Source: an uncultured Spirochaetota bacterium (GTDB lineage Bacteria; Spirochaetota; Spirochaetia; SZUA-6; Fen-1364). Taken from it: 64,000 nucleotides of DNA. The notes beneath the pieces were generated by a model. That model ran no database searches. It had not been told where the DNA came from and was given only the letters and a program-made list of their open reading frames with translations. Shown here piece after piece: positions 28,739 to 38,993 of this stretch (within the stretch, counting starts at the first letter, position 1; every line of letters starts with the position of its first letter). Position numbers and translations under genes: made by a program. The stretch spans positions 64,001 through 128,000 of the forward strand of contig CAWGAA010000002.1 in NCBI GenBank assembly GCA_963820525.1. The letters run 5' to 3'.

Positions 28739-29695
28739 ATGAGAAGCCTTCCCTTCGGCGGCACGAGCGCCAACGTGAGCGCCGTGTGCCTGGGCGCCAT
28801 GAACTTCGGCACCAAGCTTTCCCAGAAAGAATCCCTGCGGCTGCTCGACCGCTACTACGAGGCCGGCGGCCGGTTCATCGATACGGCAAACAACTACGCC
28901 GTCTGGTGGGGCGGGGACGGAACCGAGTCCGAAACGATTCTCGGCACCTGGATGAAGGACCGCAAGAACCGCGACGGACTCTTCCTTGCATCAAAGGTCG
29001 GCTTCAACACCCCCAAGATCGGAAACGGATTATCGCGAAAGATCATCAGGCAGGAGATCGAGGGAAGCCTCAAGCGGCTGGACACGGATCGCTTGGACCT
29101 GTATTTCGCGCACAAGGACCACCGGCCCGATCCCCTGGAGGAGACCCTGGGGGCTTTCGAGGAGCTGGTCGAAGAAGGAAAGGTCCGCTTCATCGGGTGC
29201 AGCAACTACAGGGCATGGCGGATCGAGCTTGCCCGCTCCATCAGCAGGCAGAAGGGCTGGGCCGAATACGTATGCGTCCAGCAGCGGCACACCTACCTCA
29301 GACCCGCCCCGGGAGCGCGCTTCGATCCCCAGCTTGCAGCCGACGACGAGCTCCTGGATTACTGCAAGGCCCATGAGAGGGATTTCCTGTTTCTCGCCTA
29401 CTCGCCGACGCTGGGCGGCGCCTACACGCAGCGCAAGGACAGGCCGCTGCCTCCCCAGTTCCGCGGAGCCGACTCCGAGGCGCGCCTCTCCGCCCTGCGC
29501 TCCGTCGCCTCCGAGATCGGGGCCACCCCCGTGCAGGTCGTCTACGCCTGGATGCTCGCCTCCTCCCCCGTCGCTCTTCCCCTCGTGTCGGCAGGGTCGC
29601 TCGAGCAGCTCGATGAAAATCTTGGAAGCCTGAAGATCAAGCTGGATCAGGACCAGATGCGCAGGCTCGATACGGCGGGAAATCCAACGGGCTGA
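28739..29695 (+). CDS. Aldo/keto reductase
   Basis: LGAMNFG, FIDTANNY, SLKRLDTDRLDLYFAH, GKVRFIGCSN. Confidence 0.95.
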   Translation: MRSLPFGGTSANVSAVCLGAMNFGTKLSQKESLRLLDRYYEAGGRFIDTANNYAVWWGGDGTESETILGTWMKDRKNRDGLFLASKVGFNTPKIGNGLSRKIIRQEIEGSLKRLDTDRLDLYFAHKDHRPDPLEETLGAFEELVEEGKVRFIGCSNYRAWRIELARSISRQKGWAEYVCVQQRHTYLRPAPGARFDPQLAADDELLDYCKAHERDFLFLAYSPTLGGAYTQRKDRPLPPQFRGADSEARLSALRSVASEIGATPVQVVYAWMLASSPVALPLVSAGSLEQLDENLGSLKIKLDQDQMRRLDTAGNPTG

Positions 29696-29825
29696 CAAGG
29701 GTCCCAGGTTCCCTTCGAAGAGATGCCTGCGCTCCTTGCTGGATAGACGGCCGCAACGCCGGGCTTGTCGAATCGAGCTTGTCACGCTACTGTGTCATCT
29801 CGCGGATAGCGGGCTATAATTCCTT

Positions 29826-31256
29826 ATGGGCGGATTATTCGGCATCGTTTCCAAAAGCGACTGCGTCGACCGGCTCTTTTACGGAACGGACTATCACTGC
29901 CACCTCGGCACCCGGCGCGGCGGAATGGCCGTCTCAGACGGGAAAAGCATCGACAGGACGATCCATGACATCACGGCCGCTCAGTTCCGAAGCAAATTCG
30001 CCGCCGACATTGCGCGTCTGAAGGGCACGTGCGGCATCGGCGCGATCAGCGATTTCGAGGATCAGCCGCTCATCATTGGCTCTCATCTCGGGATCTTCGC
30101 CATCGCCACCGTGGGTGTGGTGCGAAACGCGGAGGAGCTGACCGCGCGTCTTTTCCGATCGGGAAGCGCGCACTTCTCCGAGATGAGCGGAAGCTGCATC
30201 AATCCCACGGAGATCGTGGCATCCCTTGTGAGCAGCGAGGAGAGCTTCGACGCAGGCATCCAGGCCGCGCAGCAGGCCGTGGAGGGCTCCTGCTCTTTCC
30301 TGATCCTTACCATGAACGGAATCTATGCGGCCAGGGACCGCTACGGCCGCACTCCCCTCATCGTCGCGAAAGGGCCGGACGGCTACTCGGTCACCATGGA
30401 GACATGCGCCCTTCCCAATATCGGCCACGATCGGGTGAGGGACCTTGGTCCCGGGGAGGTCGCGCTCATAAGCACGGAAGGAATCGAGCAGAGAGTCAGG
30501 CCGGGAAATGCAATGCAGATCTGCGCCTTCCTCTGGGTGTATTACGGCTATCCCGCATCCACGTACGAAGGGGTGAACGTGGAGAGCTTTCGCTACACGG
30601 ACGGGGCGGGCCTCGCGGCCGTGGACGGAGTAGCGGCCGACGGCGTGGCCGGGATTCCCGACTCGGGCAGTTCCTACGCCATCGGCTACGCGCAGCAAGC
30701 CCGGCTTCCCTTCATCCGTCCCTTCGTGAAATACACTCCGACCTGGTCACGCAGCTTCATGCCCCAGAACCAGGCAGAAAGGGATCTTGTCGCGCGGATG
30801 AAGCTCATACCCGTGAAGGAGCTCACGGAGGGGAAGCGCCTCCTATTCTGCGACGATTCGATCGTCCGCGGGACCCAGCTCCGGGACACGTTCGGGCGGC
30901 TCATCGCCTATGGCGCCAGGGAGATCCACCTGCGCATCGCCTGTCCGCCCCTGCTTCATGGGTGCCGTTTCCTCAACTTCTCCCGCTCGCGCTCCGATCT
31001 GGATTTGGCCGCTCGAAAGGCGGTGCAGGCACTCGAGGGGCGCGCGGACCATGTGCCGGATGAATACCATGATCCCCGCTCTCCCCGCTACGCGGCCATG
31101 GTGGGCTATATCGCAAAGAGTCTGGACTTGACGTCGCTCACCTACCAGACCCTGGAGGGCATGGTACAGGCGATCGGATTGCCGAAAGAGGATCTCTGCA
31201 CATATTGCTGGACCGGCGCATGCGCGAATCTGACTGAAGGCGGATCACCGATCTAA
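29826..31256 (+). CDS. purF: Amidophosphoribosyltransferase, N-terminal-Cys-less variant
   Basis: ARDRYGRTPL, WVYYGYP, GIPDSG, DDSIVRGTQ PRPP motif, LCTYCW; begins MGGLFG. Confidence 0.9.
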   Translation: MGGLFGIVSKSDCVDRLFYGTDYHCHLGTRRGGMAVSDGKSIDRTIHDITAAQFRSKFAADIARLKGTCGIGAISDFEDQPLIIGSHLGIFAIATVGVVRNAEELTARLFRSGSAHFSEMSGSCINPTEIVASLVSSEESFDAGIQAAQQAVEGSCSFLILTMNGIYAARDRYGRTPLIVAKGPDGYSVTMETCALPNIGHDRVRDLGPGEVALISTEGIEQRVRPGNAMQICAFLWVYYGYPASTYEGVNVESFRYTDGAGLAAVDGVAADGVAGIPDSGSSYAIGYAQQARLPFIRPFVKYTPTWSRSFMPQNQAERDLVARMKLIPVKELTEGKRLLFCDDSIVRGTQLRDTFGRLIAYGAREIHLRIACPPLLHGCRFLNFSRSRSDLDLAARKAVQALEGRADHVPDEYHDPRSPRYAAMVGYIAKSLDLTSLTYQTLEGMVQAIGLPKEDLCTYCWTGACANLTEGGSPI

Positions 31257-31456
31257 ATGCAGACAGGGTAGGGGGAAAGTCTCCCCCCCCCGCTCCGGCC
31301 CTGGCGGGCCTCCGCTTCCCCCTCTGCGGGGCGGGTGCAAAGCACCCGCGGACCACCCGCAACGCCCACGGGAGGCGCACTTCGGGAGGCATATCGAGTA
31401 TGCAGAACACATGCCGTCCTTGACGACATCTTCAGGGCGGCGATAGAGTGGTCACC

Positions 31457-33400
31457 GTGAACGTGAATCTGGAATCCATTTTCGCCGGCGGGATAAAGCT
31501 TTTTTTGCCCGTAGTGATCACTCTCCTTCTGGTCTTCCTGGGGTTTTTCTTTTATAAACCTATTCTTAAGCTTAAAACCGATCGTGACGCTCTGGCCGGC
31601 AAGAAAAAGAACAGCACGATTCTACTTTCGGTTTCATTCTTTGTGCTGACTCTTTTATTATTCAGCGCTGCCCGGATCTATATTACCAACTTCAAGGAAT
31701 TTTCCTATGTATTCCATGAAAGCATGTTATTCTTCCTGATACTATCACTTGTCTTGATATTAATATTATCTACTGCGCTTCTATTGTTATCTCGATATCA
31801 AAAAACAATCCGCACTATCGTCTCGGTGCTTTTCGTAACCGCATTTTTGATGTGGTTTCAGGGGAATATTTTTCTCTGGCAATACGGAGTTTTGGACGGC
31901 AATGAAATTGAATGGAATACTTTAGTCTATTATGGAATCATCGATTCGGTATTCTGGGCCATTGTAATAACGTTTTCTATTTTAAGAACTGAATTAGTCT
32001 TACGGATATCCAGGGTCATGAGCCTTTTTTTCATCATCTTGCAGTTTTTGTCGGTTTTCCAGATCTGGATTTCAATGCCGAAAAATCAGAGTTTTAGGCA
32101 GCAGGAAGTCGATTCCAATACTCAATTTCTTTTTTCAAAACATGTGAATGTCATTGTTCTGGTTCTTGATACATTTCAATCGGATATTTTTCAGGATATT
32201 GTCCAAGAAGATGCCGATCTAAAAGCTTCTTTTGACGGGTTTACCTATTTTCGCAACTCGCTAGCCGGTTCCGACGGAACAAGCGTTTCCATACCGAACA
32301 TGCTTACCGGGAACAATTACGATAACGCAACACCTTACCTTGAGTTCGTAAAACAATCATTCCTTGGCAATTCATTACCGAAGACCTTGAAGGAATACAG
32401 CTTTCGTATCGATTTATTCCCGATAATACCATATTCCGTGTATAATGATTTTTCCGGCATAGCATTACAAAGTAAAAGAATAATGAATTGGGACGCATTT
32501 TTTAGAGAGCAGGCTTTTATTGCAGATTTGGCCTTGTTCCGTGATTTGCCGCATTTTATAAAAGAAATAATCTATAATCATCAGCGATGGTTTTTTTCCG
32601 GCTTGCTGAAGCACCATCAAGATACGGAATCCGGCAAACAGGAATCTTCGGAAATTTCTAATGCCTACAATCTGAAATATTCAAAAGAATTTGTAAATTC
32701 CAAAAAACTAATCAAAGAGAATCGGGACGCTAATTTCATTAATAGAATGATTCCAATGTCCGGGATTGTTGAGAATACGGATACCTTTAAACTTTATCAT
32801 CTCAACGGGATTCACCTCCAATTGATAATGGATGAGAATCTGAAATATGAAGAGCTAAAGCCAACCAGGGCCAATATGAAGCGCCAGGGCGCCGGAATAC
32901 TAAAAATAGCCGCGATGTTCCTTGAACGGCTTAAGCAGATGAAGGTTTATGACAATTCCCTGATTTTCATCATCGGGGACCATGGTTCCGGAATGTCGGA
33001 TGCCAACATAAATATTTCATCTTACAGCGCAAACTTCAATAAGCGCGGCCCTTATAAAGGTTTTTTCAAAAGCTTTAAAACCGCAGGTATTCCATTAATA
33101 CTCGTAAAAAGAATGGATTCAAAAGGCGAACTGAAGATATCGGATGCCCCTGTGTCTTTAGGCGACATACCTGAAACTGCAATCGAAGAGCTGGGACTCA
33201 AGGGAAAGTTTCCTGGAAAATCCATGTTCCGTGTGAAGGAAGATGAAAAGCGTGAAAGAATATATCGGGCATTTTTTGGCGAACAGGAAAATGTTGAATA
33301 CCTTGCCCCCCTGTATGAATATTCCGTCAATGGATTCAGTTGGGATGATACCAGCTGGCAGGAGACTGGAAATATTTATTACGCAAAAAAGAATAAATAG
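31457..33400 (+). CDS. Membrane protein with sulfatase/alkaline-phosphatase-superfamily domain
   Basis: Several N-terminal TMs, NVIVLVLDTFQSD, GFTYFRN, TSVSIPNMLTG, IFIIGDHG; AT-rich; start uncertain (31448 or 31457). Confidence 0.8.
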   Translation: MNVNLESIFAGGIKLFLPVVITLLLVFLGFFFYKPILKLKTDRDALAGKKKNSTILLSVSFFVLTLLLFSAARIYITNFKEFSYVFHESMLFFLILSLVLILILSTALLLLSRYQKTIRTIVSVLFVTAFLMWFQGNIFLWQYGVLDGNEIEWNTLVYYGIIDSVFWAIVITFSILRTELVLRISRVMSLFFIILQFLSVFQIWISMPKNQSFRQQEVDSNTQFLFSKHVNVIVLVLDTFQSDIFQDIVQEDADLKASFDGFTYFRNSLAGSDGTSVSIPNMLTGNNYDNATPYLEFVKQSFLGNSLPKTLKEYSFRIDLFPIIPYSVYNDFSGIALQSKRIMNWDAFFREQAFIADLALFRDLPHFIKEIIYNHQRWFFSGLLKHHQDTESGKQESSEISNAYNLKYSKEFVNSKKLIKENRDANFINRMIPMSGIVENTDTFKLYHLNGIHLQLIMDENLKYEELKPTRANMKRQGAGILKIAAMFLERLKQMKVYDNSLIFIIGDHGSGMSDANINISSYSANFNKRGPYKGFFKSFKTAGIPLILVKRMDSKGELKISDAPVSLGDIPETAIEELGLKGKFPGKSMFRVKEDEKRERIYRAFFGEQENVEYLAPLYEYSVNGFSWDDTSWQETGNIYYAKKNK

Positions 33401-33447
33401 CTTTGGCGACCGGGATTATCGGGCGGTCCCCGGAGCACACGGGACTC

Positions 33448-34827
33448 CTACGAAATTCGTTTGCCCCTGAAGAGGACTCTCAGGGAAGAGTCGACGCTGT
33501 TTCTTTCTTCGATAACAAAGTGCTTCTTGAGCGCGGCGGTGAATCCTTCTTCGCAATATTCCGGGAAGATGTCTTTTCTCAAGGAGAGCATTTCTTGGAC
33601 CTGTGAATCCTCTTTCGGGACAAACTCCACTATGAGCTCTTTCCCAAGCCTCTCAAAGCATTTCGCCACCTGCGGGAGAGGGACATTACCTCCTATGGCG
33701 AGATGGTGGACGAGGGCGAGGGCCAGAACGGTTGAGTCTCTCCCCGCTCGCTCGAAAAAAGAACGTCGTTCACCGTTCAACCACCCTAGGGACGAAGAGG
33801 GGTTCATCACGTCGATCAGTAAAGGCAGGACATTCTTTTCGGACCCATTCTTTACCTGAAGATAGTTCTTCTCCACGCCCGCCGGATCGATGTCGCACGA
33901 GATGACAAATCGACCGCTCTCCGCCGCGATCCTGGAGAATGTCCCATCGTTCGCGCCTAAATCTATGACAGCTCTCGTATCGCGAGCATCGAGAAACCGG
34001 CGTACGAGACGCTTCTTTGCATCGAACGCGGATCCTGAGTAGTTCGTCTTGTCATAATAGTCCGCCCATGGTGTGTCGGCCGGTTTCCATGACAGTTTCT
34101 CAACTGTCGTTTTCAGGCTGTCGATGAGGGCGCGCATCGCCGTTTTTGAGAAAGAGCCGCGTTTTGGAGGGATGCCACGGGATTCATTCCGGCTGACGGT
34201 CCCCGCATGCGCATGAATGTGAATGGCGAGCCCTAAGGAGAAGCGGGTTTTCTTGGGAAGCAGACGAGCCGCGATGTCGACGGGGATTCCGTCAAGATAG
34301 GTCTTCAGGAGCGCGGAAAGATGGATGTCGACGTGCGCCATGAGAGCAAGAGGGGCAAGGAAATGCCTGCAAAACTGACCATACGCCACCCAGGGCTGGT
34401 TTTCAAGGTATCGTTCGAAGGACAGAGAGTCCATGAGTATGGGATTTCCGTCGAGATACTGTATGTTATACGCCGAAGCGTCTTTCAGCGACATTCCGTA
34501 TTGGAGAGCGAGTTCCTGAATCTCAAGAGTCTTTATTGCGGCATCTTTGAGCATGCCGAATGACCATTCGTAAGGATAGCTGATGAATGGAATCTGTTCC
34601 GGTTTGAGTATCTTGTATGCTTCATCGGGGAGTGGAGCTTTTTGCGTTACCTCCTCATGAGAGACAAGCAACTTCCTTTTCGAAAGCTCGCCATATAACC
34701 CAGAGCGCAGAAACAGGTCATACTCTTCCCGATACGCATGATTGACTTGACGATAGAACGCTCCATTCTGCTGGAAAACGAATCCGGAAGGATCCTTGAA
34801 GGAAGCACCGTCAGCCTCGCGCGTCAT
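33448..34827 (-). CDS. NoeA-like protein: kinase-like N-domain + SAM methyltransferase
   Basis: SFKDPSG, FISYPYEWSF, LKDASAYNIQ, DLGANDG SAM motif, LALVHHL. Confidence 0.85.
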   Translation of the reverse strand: MTREADGASFKDPSGFVFQQNGAFYRQVNHAYREEYDLFLRSGLYGELSKRKLLVSHEEVTQKAPLPDEAYKILKPEQIPFISYPYEWSFGMLKDAAIKTLEIQELALQYGMSLKDASAYNIQYLDGNPILMDSLSFERYLENQPWVAYGQFCRHFLAPLALMAHVDIHLSALLKTYLDGIPVDIAARLLPKKTRFSLGLAIHIHAHAGTVSRNESRGIPPKRGSFSKTAMRALIDSLKTTVEKLSWKPADTPWADYYDKTNYSGSAFDAKKRLVRRFLDARDTRAVIDLGANDGTFSRIAAESGRFVISCDIDPAGVEKNYLQVKNGSEKNVLPLLIDVMNPSSSLGWLNGERRSFFERAGRDSTVLALALVHHLAIGGNVPLPQVAKCFERLGKELIVEFVPKEDSQVQEMLSLRKDIFPEYCEEGFTAALKKHFVIEERNSVDSSLRVLFRGKRIS

Positions 34828-35032
34828 TCTTGGCTGCTCCTTTTCCTTTACGCTTGTTCTTGAGAAAGGCGATCACCCTTCGCCACTGCGTTTTGACGAT
34901 AAACCCGAAAGCCAGGACTCCCGCGATCAGCAGCTGTACCGCATACGATCCCATGCCGGGATCTATGTACGCAAAGAGAGAAACCGATGAAAACAAAAAG
35001 AAACAGATCACCAACATCAGTTTTGCGCGCAT
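34811..35032 (-). CDS. Small membrane protein with AYIDPGxGS motif
   Basis: AGGAGG RBS; signal-like segment, then YIDPGMGS, a TM helix and a basic tail; overlaps the downstream gene. Confidence 0.8.
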   Translation of the reverse strand: MRAKLMLVICFFLFSSVSLFAYIDPGMGSYAVQLLIAGVLAFGFIVKTQWRRVIAFLKNKRKGKGAAKNDARG

Positions 35033-35154
35033 GCGACTAGTCCTCCTGCCCGTGGAGTAGGTACTCAGTTTTAAAAGAGATCCGAATTGTAGCTCACTTT
35101 CGTTGTGAGTGTCCATTAATTACTGATCACTTTTTGCTGACGCTCCAATCCTAC

Positions 35155-35240
35155 GACGGGGCTGACGGCGAGGCCGCGCTGAAGATAGCCCGCCAGACCG
35201 CGATCGGCCTGTTCCTGGTGGATTGGAACATGCCGAGCCA
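35155..35240 (+). pseudogene. CheY-like receiver fragment
   Basis: ADGEAALKIA...LFLVDWNMP; cut off by the aconitase 3' end. Confidence 0.55.
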
Positions 35241-35258
35241 CCCGCGGGCATCCAGGGC

Positions 35259-37178
35259 TCACATCCCGCCGGCAAGGTTGAGAAGCCCGCCGGCAGCCAA
35301 AATCCTCCTGTCTCTCTCCGAGGCGGCGAGCCGCGCCTTCATTTGCTTCTCGCCGGCGATGAACGGGATCTCGCTCTCACCCGATGCAATAGCCGCGCGG
35401 ATGCCGGGGAAGCTCAGGGTGTCGCCCTGAGACAGGGAGTCGTAGGCCTCGGGATCGGCGAACTCAAGCGGAATTATCCCGAAGTTGATGAGGTTGGCCT
35501 TGTGGATGCGGGCGAAGCTCTTCACCAGCTTGAGGCGCACTCCGAGGAAGCGCGGGGCGATGGCCGCGTGCTCCCGAGAAGATCCCTGCCCGTAGTTCTC
35601 GCCGCCCACCACGAGCCCCCCGCCCCATTGCCGTGCGCGCTTGGCGAACTGCTCGTCGACAACGTCGAACACGAAGGCGGATATCGCGGGAATGTTGCTC
35701 CTGAAGGGCAGCACGCGGTTTCCCGCCGGCATGATGATGTCGGTGCTCGTGTTGTCTCCGACCTTGATGAGCACGCGAAGCTCCAGGTCCTCCTCCAGGG
35801 GGCCGAAGGCGGGGAAGGGCTGAATGTTGGGGCCGCGGATAATCTGCACCTTTTCCCCGTCTTCCGCGGGTTGGATGAACCACTGGGGATTGAAGGAATA
35901 CCGGGCGGGATATGAGACGGTGGGGTACCGGCCGAGGGTTCTCGGATCCGTGATCCTTCCCGACAGCGCCGAGGCCGCGGCGGTCTCCGGAGAGCAGAGG
36001 TAGACGGCGTCGTTCTTGGTCCCGCTCCTGTCCTTGTAGTTTCGGGGAAAGGTGCGCAGGCTGTTGATGCCCGTGGCGGGAGCCTGGCCGATTCCGATGC
36101 ACCCCAGGCAGCCCGTCTCGTGGATCCGTGCCCCCGCTTCGATGAGGGGGACGAGACCCCCCATCTCCGCGACGTTTCGAAGGGTCTGCCTGCTCCCCGG
36201 GTTGATTTCGAAGCTCACCTCGGGGTGCCTGATTTTTCCCGCCACCGCCTTGGAGACCATCATGATATCGCGGTACGACCCGTTCGTGCACGCGCCCACG
36301 ATGACCTGGTGCACGGGCACCCCGGAAAGCTCCTCCGCCGTCTTCACGTTGTCGGGATTGGAAGGGCAGGCTACAAGGGGCACGATGGAGGAGAGGTCGA
36401 TCTCGGTGAGCTCGTCGTACTCGGCTTCCGCCGATGCGGCAAGCTCACGCCAGGCCCTCTCGCGGCCGTTCATCCTGAGGTAGTGCCGCGTAACCTCGTC
36501 GGAAGGAAAGACGGCGGCCGTGGCCCCCATGTCCACGCACATGTTCGCGATGGTGGCCCGGGCGCTCATGTCGAGGGCGGCCACGCCGGGCCCGAAGAAC
36601 TCCAGGACCTTGCCCGTTCCGCCCTTGCAGGTGAACCTGCGCAGAAGCTCCAGGATCACGTCCTTGCCCGAAACCCACGGCCCCAGGGATCCCGTGAGCC
36701 TGATCCCCCAGACCTTCGGAGCCGAGATGTAATAGGGCTTTCCCGCCATGGCCATGGCGATCTCCAGGCCCCCGGCCCCCATTGCGAGCATGCCGAGAGA
36801 GCCCCCCGTCGTCGTATGGCTGTCGGAGCCCAGCAGGGTCTTGCCCGGCTCACCGAACCTCTGGCGGTGCACGTGGTGGGAGATGCCGTTTCCCGGAGGC
36901 GACAGCACCACGCCGTAGCGCGCCGCGCTGGACTGGAGGAAGCGGTGGTCGTCAGCGTTCTTGAAGTCGGTCTGGATGATGTTGTGGTCCACGTAGCTTA
37001 CCGACAGCTCGGTCTTCACCCTCCCGATCCCCATGGATTCGTATTCCAGGTACACCATCGTTCCCGTGGCATCCTGCGTGAGGGTCTGGTCGACGCGAAG
37101 GCCGATCTCCCCGCCGGGGACGAGCCTGCCTTCGACAATATGATCGCGGATGAGCCGCTCCGTCAGTGTGCCCTTCAT
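35259..37178 (-). CDS. Aconitate hydratase (short ~640-aa type)
   Basis: DQTLTQDATGT, YVDHN, GSDSHT, GACTNGS, GCLGCIG, NYGQGSSREHA. Confidence 0.93.
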   Translation of the reverse strand: MKGTLTERLIRDHIVEGRLVPGGEIGLRVDQTLTQDATGTMVYLEYESMGIGRVKTELSVSYVDHNIIQTDFKNADDHRFLQSSAARYGVVLSPPGNGISHHVHRQRFGEPGKTLLGSDSHTTTGGSLGMLAMGAGGLEIAMAMAGKPYYISAPKVWGIRLTGSLGPWVSGKDVILELLRRFTCKGGTGKVLEFFGPGVAALDMSARATIANMCVDMGATAAVFPSDEVTRHYLRMNGRERAWRELAASAEAEYDELTEIDLSSIVPLVACPSNPDNVKTAEELSGVPVHQVIVGACTNGSYRDIMMVSKAVAGKIRHPEVSFEINPGSRQTLRNVAEMGGLVPLIEAGARIHETGCLGCIGIGQAPATGINSLRTFPRNYKDRSGTKNDAVYLCSPETAAASALSGRITDPRTLGRYPTVSYPARYSFNPQWFIQPAEDGEKVQIIRGPNIQPFPAFGPLEEDLELRVLIKVGDNTSTDIIMPAGNRVLPFRSNIPAISAFVFDVVDEQFAKRARQWGGGLVVGGENYGQGSSREHAAIAPRFLGVRLKLVKSFARIHKANLINFGIIPLEFADPEAYDSLSQGDTLSFPGIRAAIASGESEIPFIAGEKQMKARLAASERDRRILAAGGLLNLAGGM

Positions 37179-37319
37179 TCTCGCTTTCCTCTCCTTGCGC
37201 CGGCGCCGATTTTTTCTACCACAGGCGGGGCTGCTGGGCAAGGGCGCGATCTCCCGTCCCCGCGTATTGTCAACGATAGGTAATTGCTCTATCATTGACT
37301 CGAAGAGAGAAGGGGAGAA

Positions 37320-37940
37320 ATGCTCGTTCCTGCTGAAGTGTGGACTGTAGCGAAAGCCGAACAGGGCAACGCCGTGCTCGTCAGGCCGCTCGGTCTTGAC
37401 GTTGCCGTGCCGATATTCATCGCCCCTCTCGAAGCCCAGTCGATCCTGATCGGCTTGGGCAATGTGAAAATGCCGCGGCCGCTCACCCATGACCTTTTCA
37501 TCACGGCCCTCGAGAATCTCGAGGCGTCGATAAACCGCGTCGAGATAACGGCCCTGAAGGACGGCACCTATTACGCGAAGCTCATCCTGGAGTCTTCGGG
37601 CTCCGAGGTTGCCATAGACGCCCGGCCCTCCGATTGCCTGGCCCTCGCCGTCCGGGTGAAATGCCCCATCTACATCGACGAGGCCGTCGTCGACGAGGCC
37701 GGCATCTCCGTCAAGATGGTGGAAGAGAAGAACAAGGAGCTGAAGAGCGAGGAGAGCGCCGAAACCGCGGAGACCGAGGAAGCGGTGGAGGAAGCCCCCC
37801 AGCTCCCCGAGGTTTCTCCCCTGGCCCACGAGACCGAAATGGCCAACCTCAAGAAGCTCCTGGAAGTCGCCATCGAAGAGGAGAACTACGAGGAGGCCGC
37901 GCGCCTGCGCGACAAGATCAGGGAGCTGGAGAGCACCTGA
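37320..37940 (+). CDS. Bifunctional nuclease (DUF151) domain protein with UvrB/C motif
   Basis: PRPLTHDL, IDARPSD, EENYEEAARLRD. Confidence 0.9.
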   Translation: MLVPAEVWTVAKAEQGNAVLVRPLGLDVAVPIFIAPLEAQSILIGLGNVKMPRPLTHDLFITALENLEASINRVEITALKDGTYYAKLILESSGSEVAIDARPSDCLALAVRVKCPIYIDEAVVDEAGISVKMVEEKNKELKSEESAETAETEEAVEEAPQLPEVSPLAHETEMANLKKLLEVAIEEENYEEAARLRDKIRELEST

Positions 37941-37947
37941 GCGGGCG

Positions 37948-38898
37948 ATGCCGTTCACGCTGAATCCCTATACCGCATGCATTCTCTGTCCCAGGATGTG
38001 CGCCGCCGACAGGATCGCGGGAAAGAAGGGTTTCTGCCGGGAAGGCAGCGAGATCCGCGCCTCATGCGCCCTGCTCCATTTCGGCGAGGAGCCCCCCATC
38101 ACGGGAGAAGGCGGCTCGGGAGCGGTGTTTTTCACCGGCTGCACGCTTCAGTGCGGGTTCTGCCAGAACTGGCAGGTGAGCAGGGACGGGATCGGCGCCG
38201 CGCTCACGCCTCCCGAGCTTGCGGGGATCTTCCTCGACCTTCAATATGCGGGGGCAGAGAACATCAACGTGGTCACGGGCACCCACTTCGCGCCGGGCAT
38301 CCTCGACGCTTTTGCTCTTGCCCGTGGAAGCGGCCTTTCGATTCCACTGGTGTGGAACTCATCAGGGTATGAGACCCTCGAGACGGTGCGGCTTCTCGCC
38401 CCGCACGTTCGGTTCTTTCTCCCCGATCTGAAGACCCTCGACCCCCGGCTCTCCAGCCGCTGGTTTCACGCCTCCGACTATCCCGAGTGCGCCACACAAG
38501 CGGTGCTTGCAATGGCAGAAGCCGTACCACTCGTTCAGAACTGCGGCACCCCGGCGCGGGGGGTGATCCTTCGCCACCTGGTTCTGCCCGGCAACCTGGA
38601 AGATACCCGGGCCGTGCTCGAGTGGTTCAAGGAGAACCTCGACGGCAGGGCGCTGATCTCCCTGATGTTCCAGTACACTCCGATTCCCTCACAGAAGCCT
38701 GAAGCCCCTTTCGACAGGATGGTCGACGAGAGGGAATACGAGCAGGCCGTGGGAATGCTGGAGGAGCTGGGCATCGAGGACGGGTACGTCCAGGAGCCGG
38801 AGTCCGATTCCGAGTGGCTGCCTGATTTCTCGGACCAGCGCCCCTTTCCCTCTGAAAAGTCGCGCGTGGCGTGGCATTACTTGGGCGGCCGGAGGTAG
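37948..38898 (+). CDS. pflX: PflX-like radical SAM protein
   Basis: CILCPRMC, HFGEEPPI, CTLQCGFCQN, RHLVLPG, MFQYTP. Confidence 0.88.
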   Translation: MPFTLNPYTACILCPRMCAADRIAGKKGFCREGSEIRASCALLHFGEEPPITGEGGSGAVFFTGCTLQCGFCQNWQVSRDGIGAALTPPELAGIFLDLQYAGAENINVVTGTHFAPGILDAFALARGSGLSIPLVWNSSGYETLETVRLLAPHVRFFLPDLKTLDPRLSSRWFHASDYPECATQAVLAMAEAVPLVQNCGTPARGVILRHLVLPGNLEDTRAVLEWFKENLDGRALISLMFQYTPIPSQKPEAPFDRMVDEREYEQAVGMLEELGIEDGYVQEPESDSEWLPDFSDQRPFPSEKSRVAWHYLGGRR

Positions 38899-38993
38899 CT
38901 CGATCATTTTTCGGCCAGCCTGGGGCCGGCCGTGCCCTTTCAGGTGCGCTGCAGACTGGCCGCGCCCCTCTCATCCGCGCAGCGATTCCCCCC

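Noticed and set aside
35259..37958. 899-aa aconitase with N-terminal extension
   Set aside because: The extension is the antisense of the DUF151 gene; the real start is at 37178 after an RBS.
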